The notes under the pieces were generated by a model that made no database searches, was not told the origin of the DNA, and saw nothing but the letters and a program-made list of their open reading frames with translations. Shown here in pieces: positions 28,243 to 37,700 of a stretch of 64,000 nt of DNA. The stretch covers positions 240 to 64,239 of the forward strand of contig JAYZBK010000079.1 in NCBI GenBank assembly GCA_036339295.1, read 5' to 3'. Source of the stretch: Planctomycetota bacterium (lineage in GTDB: Bacteria > Planctomycetota > Phycisphaerae > Phycisphaerales > SM1A02). Position numbers and translations under genes: made by a program. The first letter of the stretch is position 1. Every line of letters begins with the position of its first letter.

Positions 28243-29429
28243 CAAGGGTCGACCCTTGCCACGATCTCGAGGACTCCCATCCCCGTCGCGGTCGTGATGG
28301 CGACCGGCGCGTAGAGGAGAGGCTCGACGCCTCCGATGCTGCGCACCCGCAGGACGGCCTCGACGCTCGTCGGCGACTTCGGGCTCGTGGAGACCAGCTC
28401 CGCCTCGAGTCGGCGGTCGAGACTCCTGACCGTCATCGCGTCCATCCACTCGGGTCGATCGATGGCGTTGCCCCCTCGCGGGTTGTAGTGATCCAGCGTC
28501 ACGACGATCTCCCGCTCGTCCCCGGCTCGGATCGCCCCGAGCTCGACGAAGTCGTCGGCGAGGATCCACCGGCGATCGAAGCGGGTCGGATCGCGGCGGC
28601 TGCCGGTCTCCGTATGGCGGACCCGGCACGCCACCAGGGGGCTGTCCGCCCGATCGGTCGTGAACACCCACCACCGGGGGATCCTCGTGCCGGGGAGGCC
28701 GGTGATCGACCACCGGACGTCGTAGACGCTCCTCGGCGCGTCCCGGGCCGGATCGAAGTCGACGTAGTCCGGCGAGACCCCGTTGGAACCCAGGATCGTG
28801 AACGGTCTCCCATCGATCGCCGCCAGGCGAATGACGCCCGACTCGACGCCCTCGAGCGCCGAGGCGAACGTGGGCTCGGGCTGGATCGGGAGCGTCACCA
28901 TTCCGTCGAGACGGACGATCGCGGGTCGCTGCATCCCCTCGAGCTGGACGAAGACCTTGGCCTGCTTCTCGCCGGGCTGCTTCGGGGCGTCGAGCGATGC
29001 CATCAGGTCGACCGTGCCGCCCGCCGGGATCACGGTCCCGGCGAGATCGGTGAGGGTCGTGCAGACGCAGCTGGGCGTGACCCGAAGGACCCGGACCGGG
29101 CGATCGCCCCGGTTGGTGATCTTGAACATCCCGGAGTTGATCGATCCCGCCGGGACCGCCCCGAAGTCGATCGTCTCGGGGACGATCTCGAGCGGCCCGG
29201 CCGCGGTGATCGCCTGGATCGATCCACGCAGGACCGGATCGCCGGCCGTGACGACGCTGGTCGCCGTCACCGCCGCGCCCACCGGTTCGTTCCCGGGGGT
29301 GGCCGGCCCTGCGGCTTCCTGCGGCCGGGCGGACGACGGGGTCTCCGAGCCGCACCCCGGGAGGAAGGCGAGGGAGCAGCCGAGGGCGACTCCAAGAACG
29401 TCACGCTGCCATGTGGTCATCCTGCGCAT
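28242..29429 (-). CDS. DUF1573-domain lipoprotein
   Basis: Lipobox FLPGC. IDFGAVPAGSINSGMFKITNRGDRPVRVLRVTPSCVCTT matches the DUF1573 signature (DFG..., N.G..., SC.CT). About 250 aa of unknown C-terminal region. Confidence 0.75.
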   Translation of the reverse strand: MRRMTTWQRDVLGVALGCSLAFLPGCGSETPSSARPQEAAGPATPGNEPVGAAVTATSVVTAGDPVLRGSIQAITAAGPLEIVPETIDFGAVPAGSINSGMFKITNRGDRPVRVLRVTPSCVCTTLTDLAGTVIPAGGTVDLMASLDAPKQPGEKQAKVFVQLEGMQRPAIVRLDGMVTLPIQPEPTFASALEGVESGVIRLAAIDGRPFTILGSNGVSPDYVDFDPARDAPRSVYDVRWSITGLPGTRIPRWWVFTTDRADSPLVACRVRHTETGSRRDPTRFDRRWILADDFVELGAIRAGDEREIVVTLDHYNPRGGNAIDRPEWMDAMTVRSLDRRLEAELVSTSPKSPTSVEAVLRVRSIGGVEPLLYAPVAITTATGMGVLEIVARVDP

Positions 29430-29490
29430 CCACCCATTCTAGTGAGGGGGGTCCGCCCACGGTCTTCGGCGAGCCTTGAACGACGTGCGA

Positions 29491-29510
29491 GTCCGGCCCC
29501 AGGGCCGGAC
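29491..29510 (-). terminator. Hairpin downstream of the GSDH-like gene
   Basis: GTCCGGCC, CCAG, GGCCGGAC: perfect 8-bp stem, 62 nt after the stop at 29572 on the minus strand. No U-run. Confidence 0.35.
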
Positions 29511-29571
29511 CCGCCGTCCGTTGTCTCGATTCGATGCCCGACGTGTTCGTGGGCCTGTTCGAAGGACCGGC

Positions 29572-31359
29572 TCAGCCGGAGCAGCCGCCCCAGGCGCCGA
29601 GCATGATGCCCAGATCGCTGCCGTTCACGCCGTCGCCGTTGCCGTCGACGTCGTAGGTGTCGCTGCCCCAGGCGCTCAGGAGGAGGCCGAGGTCGGCGCC
29701 GTTGACGCTTCCGTTCCCGTCGAGGTCGGCCGGGCAGGGCGGAGCGATCGGCTCGAAGTCGATCGTGAGCGTGCCCTCGCCCTGGACGCCGTCGTCGGTC
29801 GCGGCGACCCGGATGAGGAGGGTCTGCGACTCGACCACGAGGGTGGCGACGGAAGCGTCGTCACCACAGTCGTCGTCGCCGCATCCGTACACGCCGGTGC
29901 TCGTGGGGCAGCTGGCGTCGTACAGGGCGAGTCGGCTGTCGAAGTCGGTCCCGCAGGTGCTCACGGTCAGGAACCCGGTGGCCGGCGCCTCGAAGGAGAA
30001 CCACACGTCGGAGTAGACGTCGGGCCCGTTGACCGAGCTGCAGCTGAGCGGCATGTCGAGGCCGGAGTCGGACGCCTCCACGTTCGTGAACGCGGTCGAG
30101 CCCTCGCCGACGGCGATCGCGCCGGCGCAGTCGTCGTTGGCCGGCGGCGGGTCGCAGCTCTCGGATCCATCGGCCGGGACGATCTTGAAGATCCGGCCGG
30201 TCTGGGAAACCATGTAGACCTCGCCGCGGGCGTCCTGTCCGAAGCTGGCGAGCGAGCTCAGGCTCACGCCCGAGGTCGACACGCGAAGGTCGCTGTTCCG
30301 ATTGGTCACCGAGACGGTGCCGTTCTTGTTGGGAACGGCCGACCAGAGGTTGGAGAGGACGTAGTCCCCGTAGAAGTAGGTGCCCTGCAGCTCCGGGATC
30401 GCACAGCCGCGGTAGACGAAGCCACCGGTGATCGAGTAGCCGCCCGAGGAGTTGTGGAAGTACTGGATCTGGGGCTCGAAGAACGGGCCGCTCGATCCGC
30501 AGGAGGACGAGTAGTTGGCCTGGCCCTCGCGGCACTTCCAGCCGAAGTTGGCACCGGCGATCTGCCCCGGACGAACGTAGTTCACCTCTTCGCGGGCGTT
30601 CTGGCCGACGTCCGCGATCCAGAGGTCGCCGGTGGCGTGGTCGAAGGCGGATCGCCAGGGGTTCCGAAGCCCGTAGGCGTAGATCTCGTCGTCGCCGGGC
30701 ACGCCCACGAAGGGGTTGTCGGCCGGGACCGAGTACGGGGTTCCGTTGTCGACGTCGATCCGAAGGATCTTGCCGAGCTTCTGGTTGGTGATGTCCTGGG
30801 CACGGTTGCCCGGGTCGCCGGCGGATCCACCGTCACCGGTGAAGATGTACAGGTAGCCGTCGGGGCCGAACTCGATGTAGCCGCCGTTGTGGTTGGAGTA
30901 CGGCTGGTCGAACGACATGATCGTCACCGCGCCGGAGGTCGTCGCGTGGTCGGCGTCGGCGCCCCGGTTGTACTGGCGGATGTAGGTGTCGCCACTGCCC
31001 GCGGTCGCGGTGTAGCAGACGAAGAACTTGCCGTTGTTCTGGTAGTCGGGATGGAACGCCAGCCCGAGCAGGCCTCGCTCGTCGCTGGTCGACGTGCCGC
31101 CCTGGACGATCGAGTCGATGTCGAGGAAGTAGTCGCTGTTCAGGGTCTCGGTCTCGAGGTCGAGGATCTTGATGCGACCCTGCTTCTCGATGATGAAGAG
31201 ACGCGACTCGTCACCCGGCGCGTGCGTGGCGAAGATCGGACGGACCAGTCCGCTGCTGACGACGAGGCGGGACGCGATTTCCTGGGCCGAGGCCAGCCCG
31301 GAGAACGCGAAGAGGGCGGCCGAGGCGGCGAGGGTGAGTGATCGACGGCGAATCGACAT
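29572..31359 (-). CDS. Secreted PQQ-dependent sugar (glucose/sorbosone) dehydrogenase-like beta-propeller with PPC-like and dockerin-like C-terminal modules
   Basis: Signal peptide ends ASAQE. ERGLLGLAFHPDY, HNGGYIEFGPDGYLYI.TGDGG, YAYGLRNPWR. Then a Cys-rich NDDCAGAI...DVWFSF...RLALYD module and two DxDGNGxVNGxDLGxxLxAWG repeats. Confidence 0.8.
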   Translation of the reverse strand: MSIRRRSLTLAASAALFAFSGLASAQEIASRLVVSSGLVRPIFATHAPGDESRLFIIEKQGRIKILDLETETLNSDYFLDIDSIVQGGTSTSDERGLLGLAFHPDYQNNGKFFVCYTATAGSGDTYIRQYNRGADADHATTSGAVTIMSFDQPYSNHNGGYIEFGPDGYLYIFTGDGGSAGDPGNRAQDITNQKLGKILRIDVDNGTPYSVPADNPFVGVPGDDEIYAYGLRNPWRSAFDHATGDLWIADVGQNAREEVNYVRPGQIAGANFGWKCREGQANYSSSCGSSGPFFEPQIQYFHNSSGGYSITGGFVYRGCAIPELQGTYFYGDYVLSNLWSAVPNKNGTVSVTNRNSDLRVSTSGVSLSSLASFGQDARGEVYMVSQTGRIFKIVPADGSESCDPPPANDDCAGAIAVGEGSTAFTNVEASDSGLDMPLSCSSVNGPDVYSDVWFSFEAPATGFLTVSTCGTDFDSRLALYDASCPTSTGVYGCGDDDCGDDASVATLVVESQTLLIRVAATDDGVQGEGTLTIDFEPIAPPCPADLDGNGSVNGADLGLLLSAWGSDTYDVDGNGDGVNGSDLGIMLGAWGGCSG

Positions 31360-31593
31360 CTATGTTTCCGATCTTCGAAGGTGTGACGGGGACCCGTTCG
31401 ACGAACGAGTCGCGCTTCAACAGACGCGGCTGGAGGGCCGTTGGTTCCCCGATCCGGGACCGGGAGACCGACTTCCAACGATAGCACCCACCCCGGAAGA
31501 GGCTCCCCGCGGACGCTGAATTCCCCGACTGAACTGGAAAACGGAGCTGGAAGTCGCCGAAGGACCGACTCCACCGGCCCTCCGGCCTCCGAT

Positions 31594-33696
31594 TCAGGGC
31601 GCGATCCGGTTCGCAGCGTCCACCGTCCGACCGACAAGCGTCCGATATCGGGCGACGGCCTCGTCGAGAGCGGCCTGGTCGCCGTCGCGTATCGCCTCGG
31701 CCATCCGCGGCAGCACCACCGCCCCGTAGCCGCTGTCCCGGTCGCTGGCGGAGAACTCGTTCCGGAACCAGGGACGTCCGGGCAGGCCCTCGTCGATCCA
31801 TGTCCGTTCGAATCGAAGCAGCGACGCCGTGGCGGCGTCCCCATCGCGATCGCCCTCGCGGAGCCGCGAGCCCGCCGCCTCGCAGGCGGCCAGGGCGACC
31901 ATCGCCTCCGATCGAAGGGTGTCGAGATCGAGACGGAGTCCCGACTCCTCCGCGGCGACCTCGTGCCGGGCCAGCCCCTCGAGGAAGCGAGCGACTCCGG
32001 TCGTGGGGTCGAGCGGCGGGACCGGTGCATCGGCGAGCTCGGCGACGAGCGCGCCCGTGATGCGGGCGAGCATGATCGCTCCCTCGTAGTCGTCCCCGAC
32101 GGTCGATCGGTACCACGCCAGCGTGTCGTAGTTCGAATGGTGGACCGAACCGGCCGAACCCCGGGCTCCGAACGAGGCCGACGGCACGCCGGCGTGGCAG
32201 ACGAATCCGACGTGGTCGCTGCCGCCACCGAGATCGCCGATCGGGGGACGATCGCGATCACCCTGCCACGACCGACGGACCGTTCCGTCGGCACCGGGCT
32301 GGGGAACGAGGCCGGTCGCGCGGGCGATGGCGTCGTGGAGCGAGGGCGAGGCGGAGGCGCCGAACCGCGTGCCGAGCGCGGCCATGTCGAGGTTGATGTA
32401 GGCGACCGCGTGTCGCCGGATCCGTTCCAGCTCCGCTTCCACCCACTCGCATGATCCGATGATCCCGAACTCCTCCGCACCCCAGCCCGCGAAGACGATC
32501 GAGCGCCGCGGGCGGAGTCCCCGCTCCGCGGCCTCCGCGAACGCCCGGGCGACCTCCATCACGACGATCGTGCCGGCCAGGGGATCGGCGGCACCGAATC
32601 CCCAGGCGTCGTGGTGCCCGCCGACGATCACGAACTCCTCGGGTCGTTCCGCGCCGGGGAGGATGCCGAAGACGTTCGCGGTCCGTCGCAGCTCCCGCAC
32701 CTGCTCGACCTCGAGGCGGAGACGAAGGCCCCCGCTCTCCAACCGATACGGGACGTCGAGGCCTCCGGTCCAGCCGTCGAGCCCCATGACGGCGACGTCG
32801 GGCCCGGTCATCGCCGCCATGATCCGATTCGCCGCCCCGTATCCGATCGGCTGCACGGGAATGCTCGGCAGGCCCACCGAATCGACGTCGAGCCGCTCGA
32901 CGTCGCCCCGGGCGGGCTCGAACGGCGTGAGGGGATCGCCCTTGTACGGGAGCGTCACGATCGAGCCTCGTTGGATGCACGTCTCGTTCGCCCATCCGCC
33001 CTCGGGCCAGGTCGGTCCTCGATCGTCGCCGTAGTCGCCCGGGTCGAGGAAGATCACGACCCCGGCCGCACCGGCCTCCTCCGCGAACTTGACCTTGAAC
33101 CCCCGGTAGTTGCCGCCGTACCGCGCGAAGACGATCTTCCCGGTGCAGTCGATGCCGAGTTCACGGAGTCGCTCGAAGTCCTCGAGCCGGCCCCGGTTCG
33201 CGTAGACCACCTCCGCCTCCACCACGCCCGAGCCGGAGTACGCGTTCCAACCCCATCCGAGATCCGGATGCGCCGTCGCCGGGTCCTCGAGCAGCTCCTT
33301 CTCGGTGAGCGGGAGCGTCGAGATGCCTCGACGACGTCGGCCGGTCTCCGGCGTCGCGCCCTCCCCGGCGTCGGGTTCGACGATGGTCAGGCTCGCCGCG
33401 ACGGGTCGGGCGAGGAGTGGTTCGAACCACCACGTCTCGGTCTCGAGGCCCATGCCCTCGAAGGCGCCCGCGAGCGCCTCGATGACGACCATGTCCCCGT
33501 CGGTTCCCGCGACGTGCGGTCGCTCGCCGAGAAGCTCGTGCCAGGCCGCCATGCTCGAAGCGGATGGTGCGTCGACGACCGACTCGACCAGCGGTGGAAC
33601 CGGTTCCTCGGCCGGTGCCGCTCCGGCGAGCAGCACGACGGCAAGGAGGACCGGGATCGACGACGGCCGGGACGGTCGAAGGGGTTCGTGGTTCAT
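31594..33696 (-). CDS. M28 metallopeptidase, glutamate carboxypeptidase II-like (PA + M28 + TfR-like dimerisation domains)
   Basis: PA domain (GKIVFARYGGNYRGFKVKFAEEAGAAGVVIF), zinc-site context (GGHHDAWGFGAADP, GWGAEEFGIIGS, HHSNYD), helical C-terminal domain. 700 aa with signal peptide. Confidence 0.8.
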   Translation of the reverse strand: MNHEPLRPSRPSSIPVLLAVVLLAGAAPAEEPVPPLVESVVDAPSASSMAAWHELLGERPHVAGTDGDMVVIEALAGAFEGMGLETETWWFEPLLARPVAASLTIVEPDAGEGATPETGRRRRGISTLPLTEKELLEDPATAHPDLGWGWNAYSGSGVVEAEVVYANRGRLEDFERLRELGIDCTGKIVFARYGGNYRGFKVKFAEEAGAAGVVIFLDPGDYGDDRGPTWPEGGWANETCIQRGSIVTLPYKGDPLTPFEPARGDVERLDVDSVGLPSIPVQPIGYGAANRIMAAMTGPDVAVMGLDGWTGGLDVPYRLESGGLRLRLEVEQVRELRRTANVFGILPGAERPEEFVIVGGHHDAWGFGAADPLAGTIVVMEVARAFAEAAERGLRPRRSIVFAGWGAEEFGIIGSCEWVEAELERIRRHAVAYINLDMAALGTRFGASASPSLHDAIARATGLVPQPGADGTVRRSWQGDRDRPPIGDLGGGSDHVGFVCHAGVPSASFGARGSAGSVHHSNYDTLAWYRSTVGDDYEGAIMLARITGALVAELADAPVPPLDPTTGVARFLEGLARHEVAAEESGLRLDLDTLRSEAMVALAACEAAGSRLREGDRDGDAATASLLRFERTWIDEGLPGRPWFRNEFSASDRDSGYGAVVLPRMAEAIRDGDQAALDEAVARYRTLVGRTVDAANRIAP

Positions 33697-33724
33697 GCCG
33701 GGAGCGTAGTCGGTCGTCGGCCGG

Positions 33725-34732
33725 TCACGCCCGGACGAATCGATCGAACAGTCGATCGAGCCGGGCGTGGGCGGAGGCGATGCGCTCCTCGGGAAGCCGG
33801 CCCTCCGCGATCGCCTCCCCGATCGCCCCGATCACCCTCGCCTGCCGATCTGGACGATGGCAGCAGAGCAGGAGATCGACGCCGGCCTCGATCGTCCGGA
33901 CGCCGGCCTCGCCGAGGTCCCCGTCGATCGACTCGAGCCCGACGATCGCCTCCATCTCGAGGTCGTCCGAGATGACGACACCCTCGAACCCGAGCTCGGT
34001 CCGGAGAAGGCCGTCGATCACCGTCCGGCTCATCGTGGCCGGCACGCCCGGGTCGAGGGCGTCGAACACGACGTGGGTCGTCATGATCGAGGCCACCCCG
34101 GCCCGGATCGCCGCCTCGAAGGGCGGCAGCTCGACGGACCGCAGGCGATCGAGGTCGTGTCGCAGGACGGGAAGGTCGTGATGACTGTCGAGATCGGTGT
34201 CGCCGTGACCGGGGAAGTGCTTGGCACACGCCGCCACCCCACCCTCCTGCATCGCCCGGATCAGCGCCGCGCCGCACGAGCCGACCAGCGCCGGCTCGCG
34301 ACCGAACGAGCGAGGGCCGATGACCGGGTTCGCCGGGTTCGAGTCGACGTCGACCACCGGGGCGAGGTCGAGGTCGATCCCGACCGGCCGCAGGTCGGCG
34401 GCGAGCCGCGAGCCGACGTCGGCCGCCGCATCGGGGCCCGCGGCACCGACCTCGCGCATCGTCGACGGCGGGTCGAAGCCCTCGGTGAAGCGAACGGTGC
34501 GACCACCTTCCTGGTCGACGCAGACCAAGATCGGGTCGTCGACGGAGGGCGCCAGCGACTTGATGCGGGCGATCGTCTCGCGGACCGCGGGCCGCGGCCC
34601 CGCGTTCCGGGCGAAGAGGATCACGGATCGGACGCCGGCCTCGACGAGTCGCTCGAGCCCGGGCGTCGGGGCGTCGCCCTCGAAGCCGACGGCGACCAGC
34701 CGTGCCGCCCGGCGTTGGTGTTCGGTGGGCAT
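33725..34732 (-). CDS. nagZ: Beta-N-acetylhexosaminidase (GH3 N-terminal domain)
   Basis: ORF 33725..34780 trimmed to ATG 34732. VILFARN, VCVDQEGGRTVRF, GIDLDLAPVVDV, KHFPGHGDT. Confidence 0.8.
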   Translation of the reverse strand: MPTEHQRRAARLVAVGFEGDAPTPGLERLVEAGVRSVILFARNAGPRPAVRETIARIKSLAPSVDDPILVCVDQEGGRTVRFTEGFDPPSTMREVGAAGPDAAADVGSRLAADLRPVGIDLDLAPVVDVDSNPANPVIGPRSFGREPALVGSCGAALIRAMQEGGVAACAKHFPGHGDTDLDSHHDLPVLRHDLDRLRSVELPPFEAAIRAGVASIMTTHVVFDALDPGVPATMSRTVIDGLLRTELGFEGVVISDDLEMEAIVGLESIDGDLGEAGVRTIEAGVDLLLCCHRPDRQARVIGAIGEAIAEGRLPEERIASAHARLDRLFDRFVRA

Positions 34733-34796
34733 GCCCGAAAGGATACGACGCCCGCGCCATGAGGCACGGGCGTCGCCCATTCCCTGTCCGCCCCGT

Positions 34797-37700
34797 TCAG
34801 AAGCTGATGGTGACGCCGGCGATGAACATCTGGCTGTTGAGCCCGTCGCCCGAGCGTCCCTCCCACTGCAGGTTGACGTCGATCTGCTCCGCGACGTTCC
34901 AGTTGAGTCCCGCCCCGTAGTACGCGGTGTTGATCGTCTGGTTCTCGACGATGATCGGGACGGCCGCCGCCTGGTTGGCGAGGCCGACGTCGTAGTTGCC
35001 GTTGTCGGTGAAGTTCCCCTGCCAGCCGAGCCGACCGTCGACGACCATGCCCGGAAGCACGCTCCACGAGATCTCGCCGCCCACCCGGCCGATGAACGAG
35101 CTGAGGTCGCCCGGATCGATCGAGAGGCCGGCGGCCGTGGTCGGGTTCGAGCTGGTCTGCTCGTCGATGCTGCCGGTGTTGATGTAGCTGTAGAGGAAGG
35201 AGCCGGTCGGCGTGAAGGCGAAGCCCTCGGCGAGCGGCATCCGGTAGCCCACGCCGACCGTGCCGTCGATCTGGAATCCGTCGGCGTTCGACTCGTTGGA
35301 CAGGTTGGTGTTCGGGACCAGCCGGTCGAAGTTGTAGTTGTTCCAGCCGCCGCTCACCGCCATGTCGAGGAAGAGCCCGTCGCCCGACGCCCAGGTCAGG
35401 AAGCCGCCGCCTCGAACCGTGCCGATCCGGCTGGTGCCGTATCCGCCCACGAGGTTGCCCATGATCGCCGAGTAGCCGATGTCGACGCCGCCGGTCCACC
35501 GGTCGGAGAGCCGCCAGCCGAAGCCGCCGATGCCGCCGTACTCGTTGCCGTCGAGGCCCACCAGTCCGTCGTCCGAGGGCGTGGTGACGCGACGGCCCCA
35601 GAAGGCGCCGAAGCCCTCGGCCGTGGGGTCCGCCTGGAGCTGCCGGCGGATCGAGCGATCGACGACCGCCTCCTGCCCGGCGAGCTCGAACGAGTCGCCG
35701 AGCCGGAACGGCGCGGGCGATCGACGCTCGACCACGACGAAGCGACGCCGGATCTCCTGGCGGAGGACGTCGTGGTACTGCGAGAGGGCCGCGGTCTGGA
35801 TCGCGGAGATCTGGGCGGTGGGTTCGAGGCCGAGGATCGCGGCCTGGTAGGCGGACGCGGTCGAGATCGCGTCGAGCTGGCCGAGCAGCGAGCCGTACAC
35901 GCCGGTCGGGTCGAAGTTCGCCGGCTCCCTGAAGCTGTTCAGCAGTTCGCCGATCGCGAACTGGTTCCCCGAGAGCGTGTTGGTGTAGTCGGCGGTCGAG
36001 GAGGCGAGGATCCGGTCGGGTCCGCCGGCGTTGTCCTCGACCTCGAAGATCCAGTCGCGGGTGATCGAGGGGCTGCCCGCCTCGAGATCGATGCCGCCGG
36101 AGTTCACGAAGTCGTCCGCCTCGAGCAGGACGAACTCGAGGCCGCCGGCGATGCCCTGCGTCGGGGAGGTCGGGATGTAGGCCCCCTGCTGCACGTCGAC
36201 CTCGAGTCGCGTGCCGTTCTCGAAGACCACCACGCCCGCGACGTCGATGATGGAGCTCTCGCCGATGCCGTTCGTGGCCTGGGCGATGTCACCGTTGACC
36301 CCGAAGCGGAGGACCGAGTCGGACTCGGTCACGAGGTCGCCCCCGTTGATCTCGAGCAGTCCCTGCGTCGCGCCGATCGCACCGGCCGAGAGGATGCCCC
36401 CGCCGGCGACCGTGAAGTCCTCGTCGCCGCCCGCGAGGTTGAGGTTGATGACGCCCGAACCGAAGAGCTGGGCGCCGCTGCCGACCGAGACGCCCTCCTG
36501 GAGATCCACCACGACGGTGGTCGCGTCCTCGAGATTGAGGTCGTCGAACTCCATGATCGCGCCGTCGGTGAGGACGAGGCTCGAGGCCGAGAGGGTCGTG
36601 CCCGCCTCGATCCTCGTGGATCCGCTCGAGGTGAAGCTTCCCGTGACGGCGAAGGTGGAGGCATCGGAGTCGGACGCCTCGATGACGAGCGTGCCGTCGC
36701 CGACGTAGTCGCCGCCGATGGTCATGCCGGTGCCCTTCTCGAGCATCACGGTGCCCCCGGTCTCGAGGGTGAAGTCGCCTCCGACGTTCATCGTCCTCGA
36801 TCCGAGCAGCTGGATCTGGCCACCGCTCGAGACCGTGGTCGAACCGTCGACCTGCAGTCCGTCGGCGCTGGTGCCCTCGAGGTTCAGCAGGCCCGCGACC
36901 GTGAAGTCGCCTTCGACCAGGCCCGTGGCCGTCTCGGTCAGCGACCACTGGCCGCCGGCGAGGAGATCGAGCGTGTCGCCGAAGGAGACGTAGGAGGTGC
37001 TCGACTGCGTGAGCGAACCCGAGAGCGTCGAGGCCCCGACGAAGCGGGCGTTCTCGGTGACACCGTCCGACGTCGCGGAGATGTCGATCGTGCCGGCGAG
37101 CGTCGAGACGCCGTCGACGAGGAGATTGCGGCCGTCGGTGGATCCGCCGGGCGCGGCGGTGGACTCTCCCGTGATCATCAGCACCGACGCGGCATCCGTC
37201 GTGAAGTTGCCGCGGGCGTGGAGCGTCGAGTCGTTCTCGATGACGAGCGTCGCGGCCGAGGTGTTCCCGGAACCGAGCGAAAGCACCGCGTCGTCCTCGG
37301 GATCGATGCCACCGGCGGCGGTCGCGACGTCCGCGTTCTCGAGGTAGGCGGTCGCCTGCAGCACCGCGAAGAGCGAGATGCCGTCGAGGCTGGCTCGAAT
37401 GTTGGCCAGTGGATCGCCCTCGGCGTCGAAGAAGCCGAGTCGATGCACCGCCTCGTTCCGGACCCGGTAGGTCCCCTGGTAGTCGGAGCTTCCGTTGTAG
37501 CGGGACTCGCCCTGGGCCCAGTTGACCTCGAAGTTCGCGGTGCCGTTGTTCACGAAGGAACCATGGAACGTGCCGCCCCGGATGAAGAGCAAGGCATCGA
37601 AGTCGCCGTCCGTCGAGACCACGCCCCCGGCGCCTTCCGCGTCGTTGAGCGACTGGAAGGCGAAGTTGTTCGCATTCGCGACCCCCGCGCCCGTGGGATC

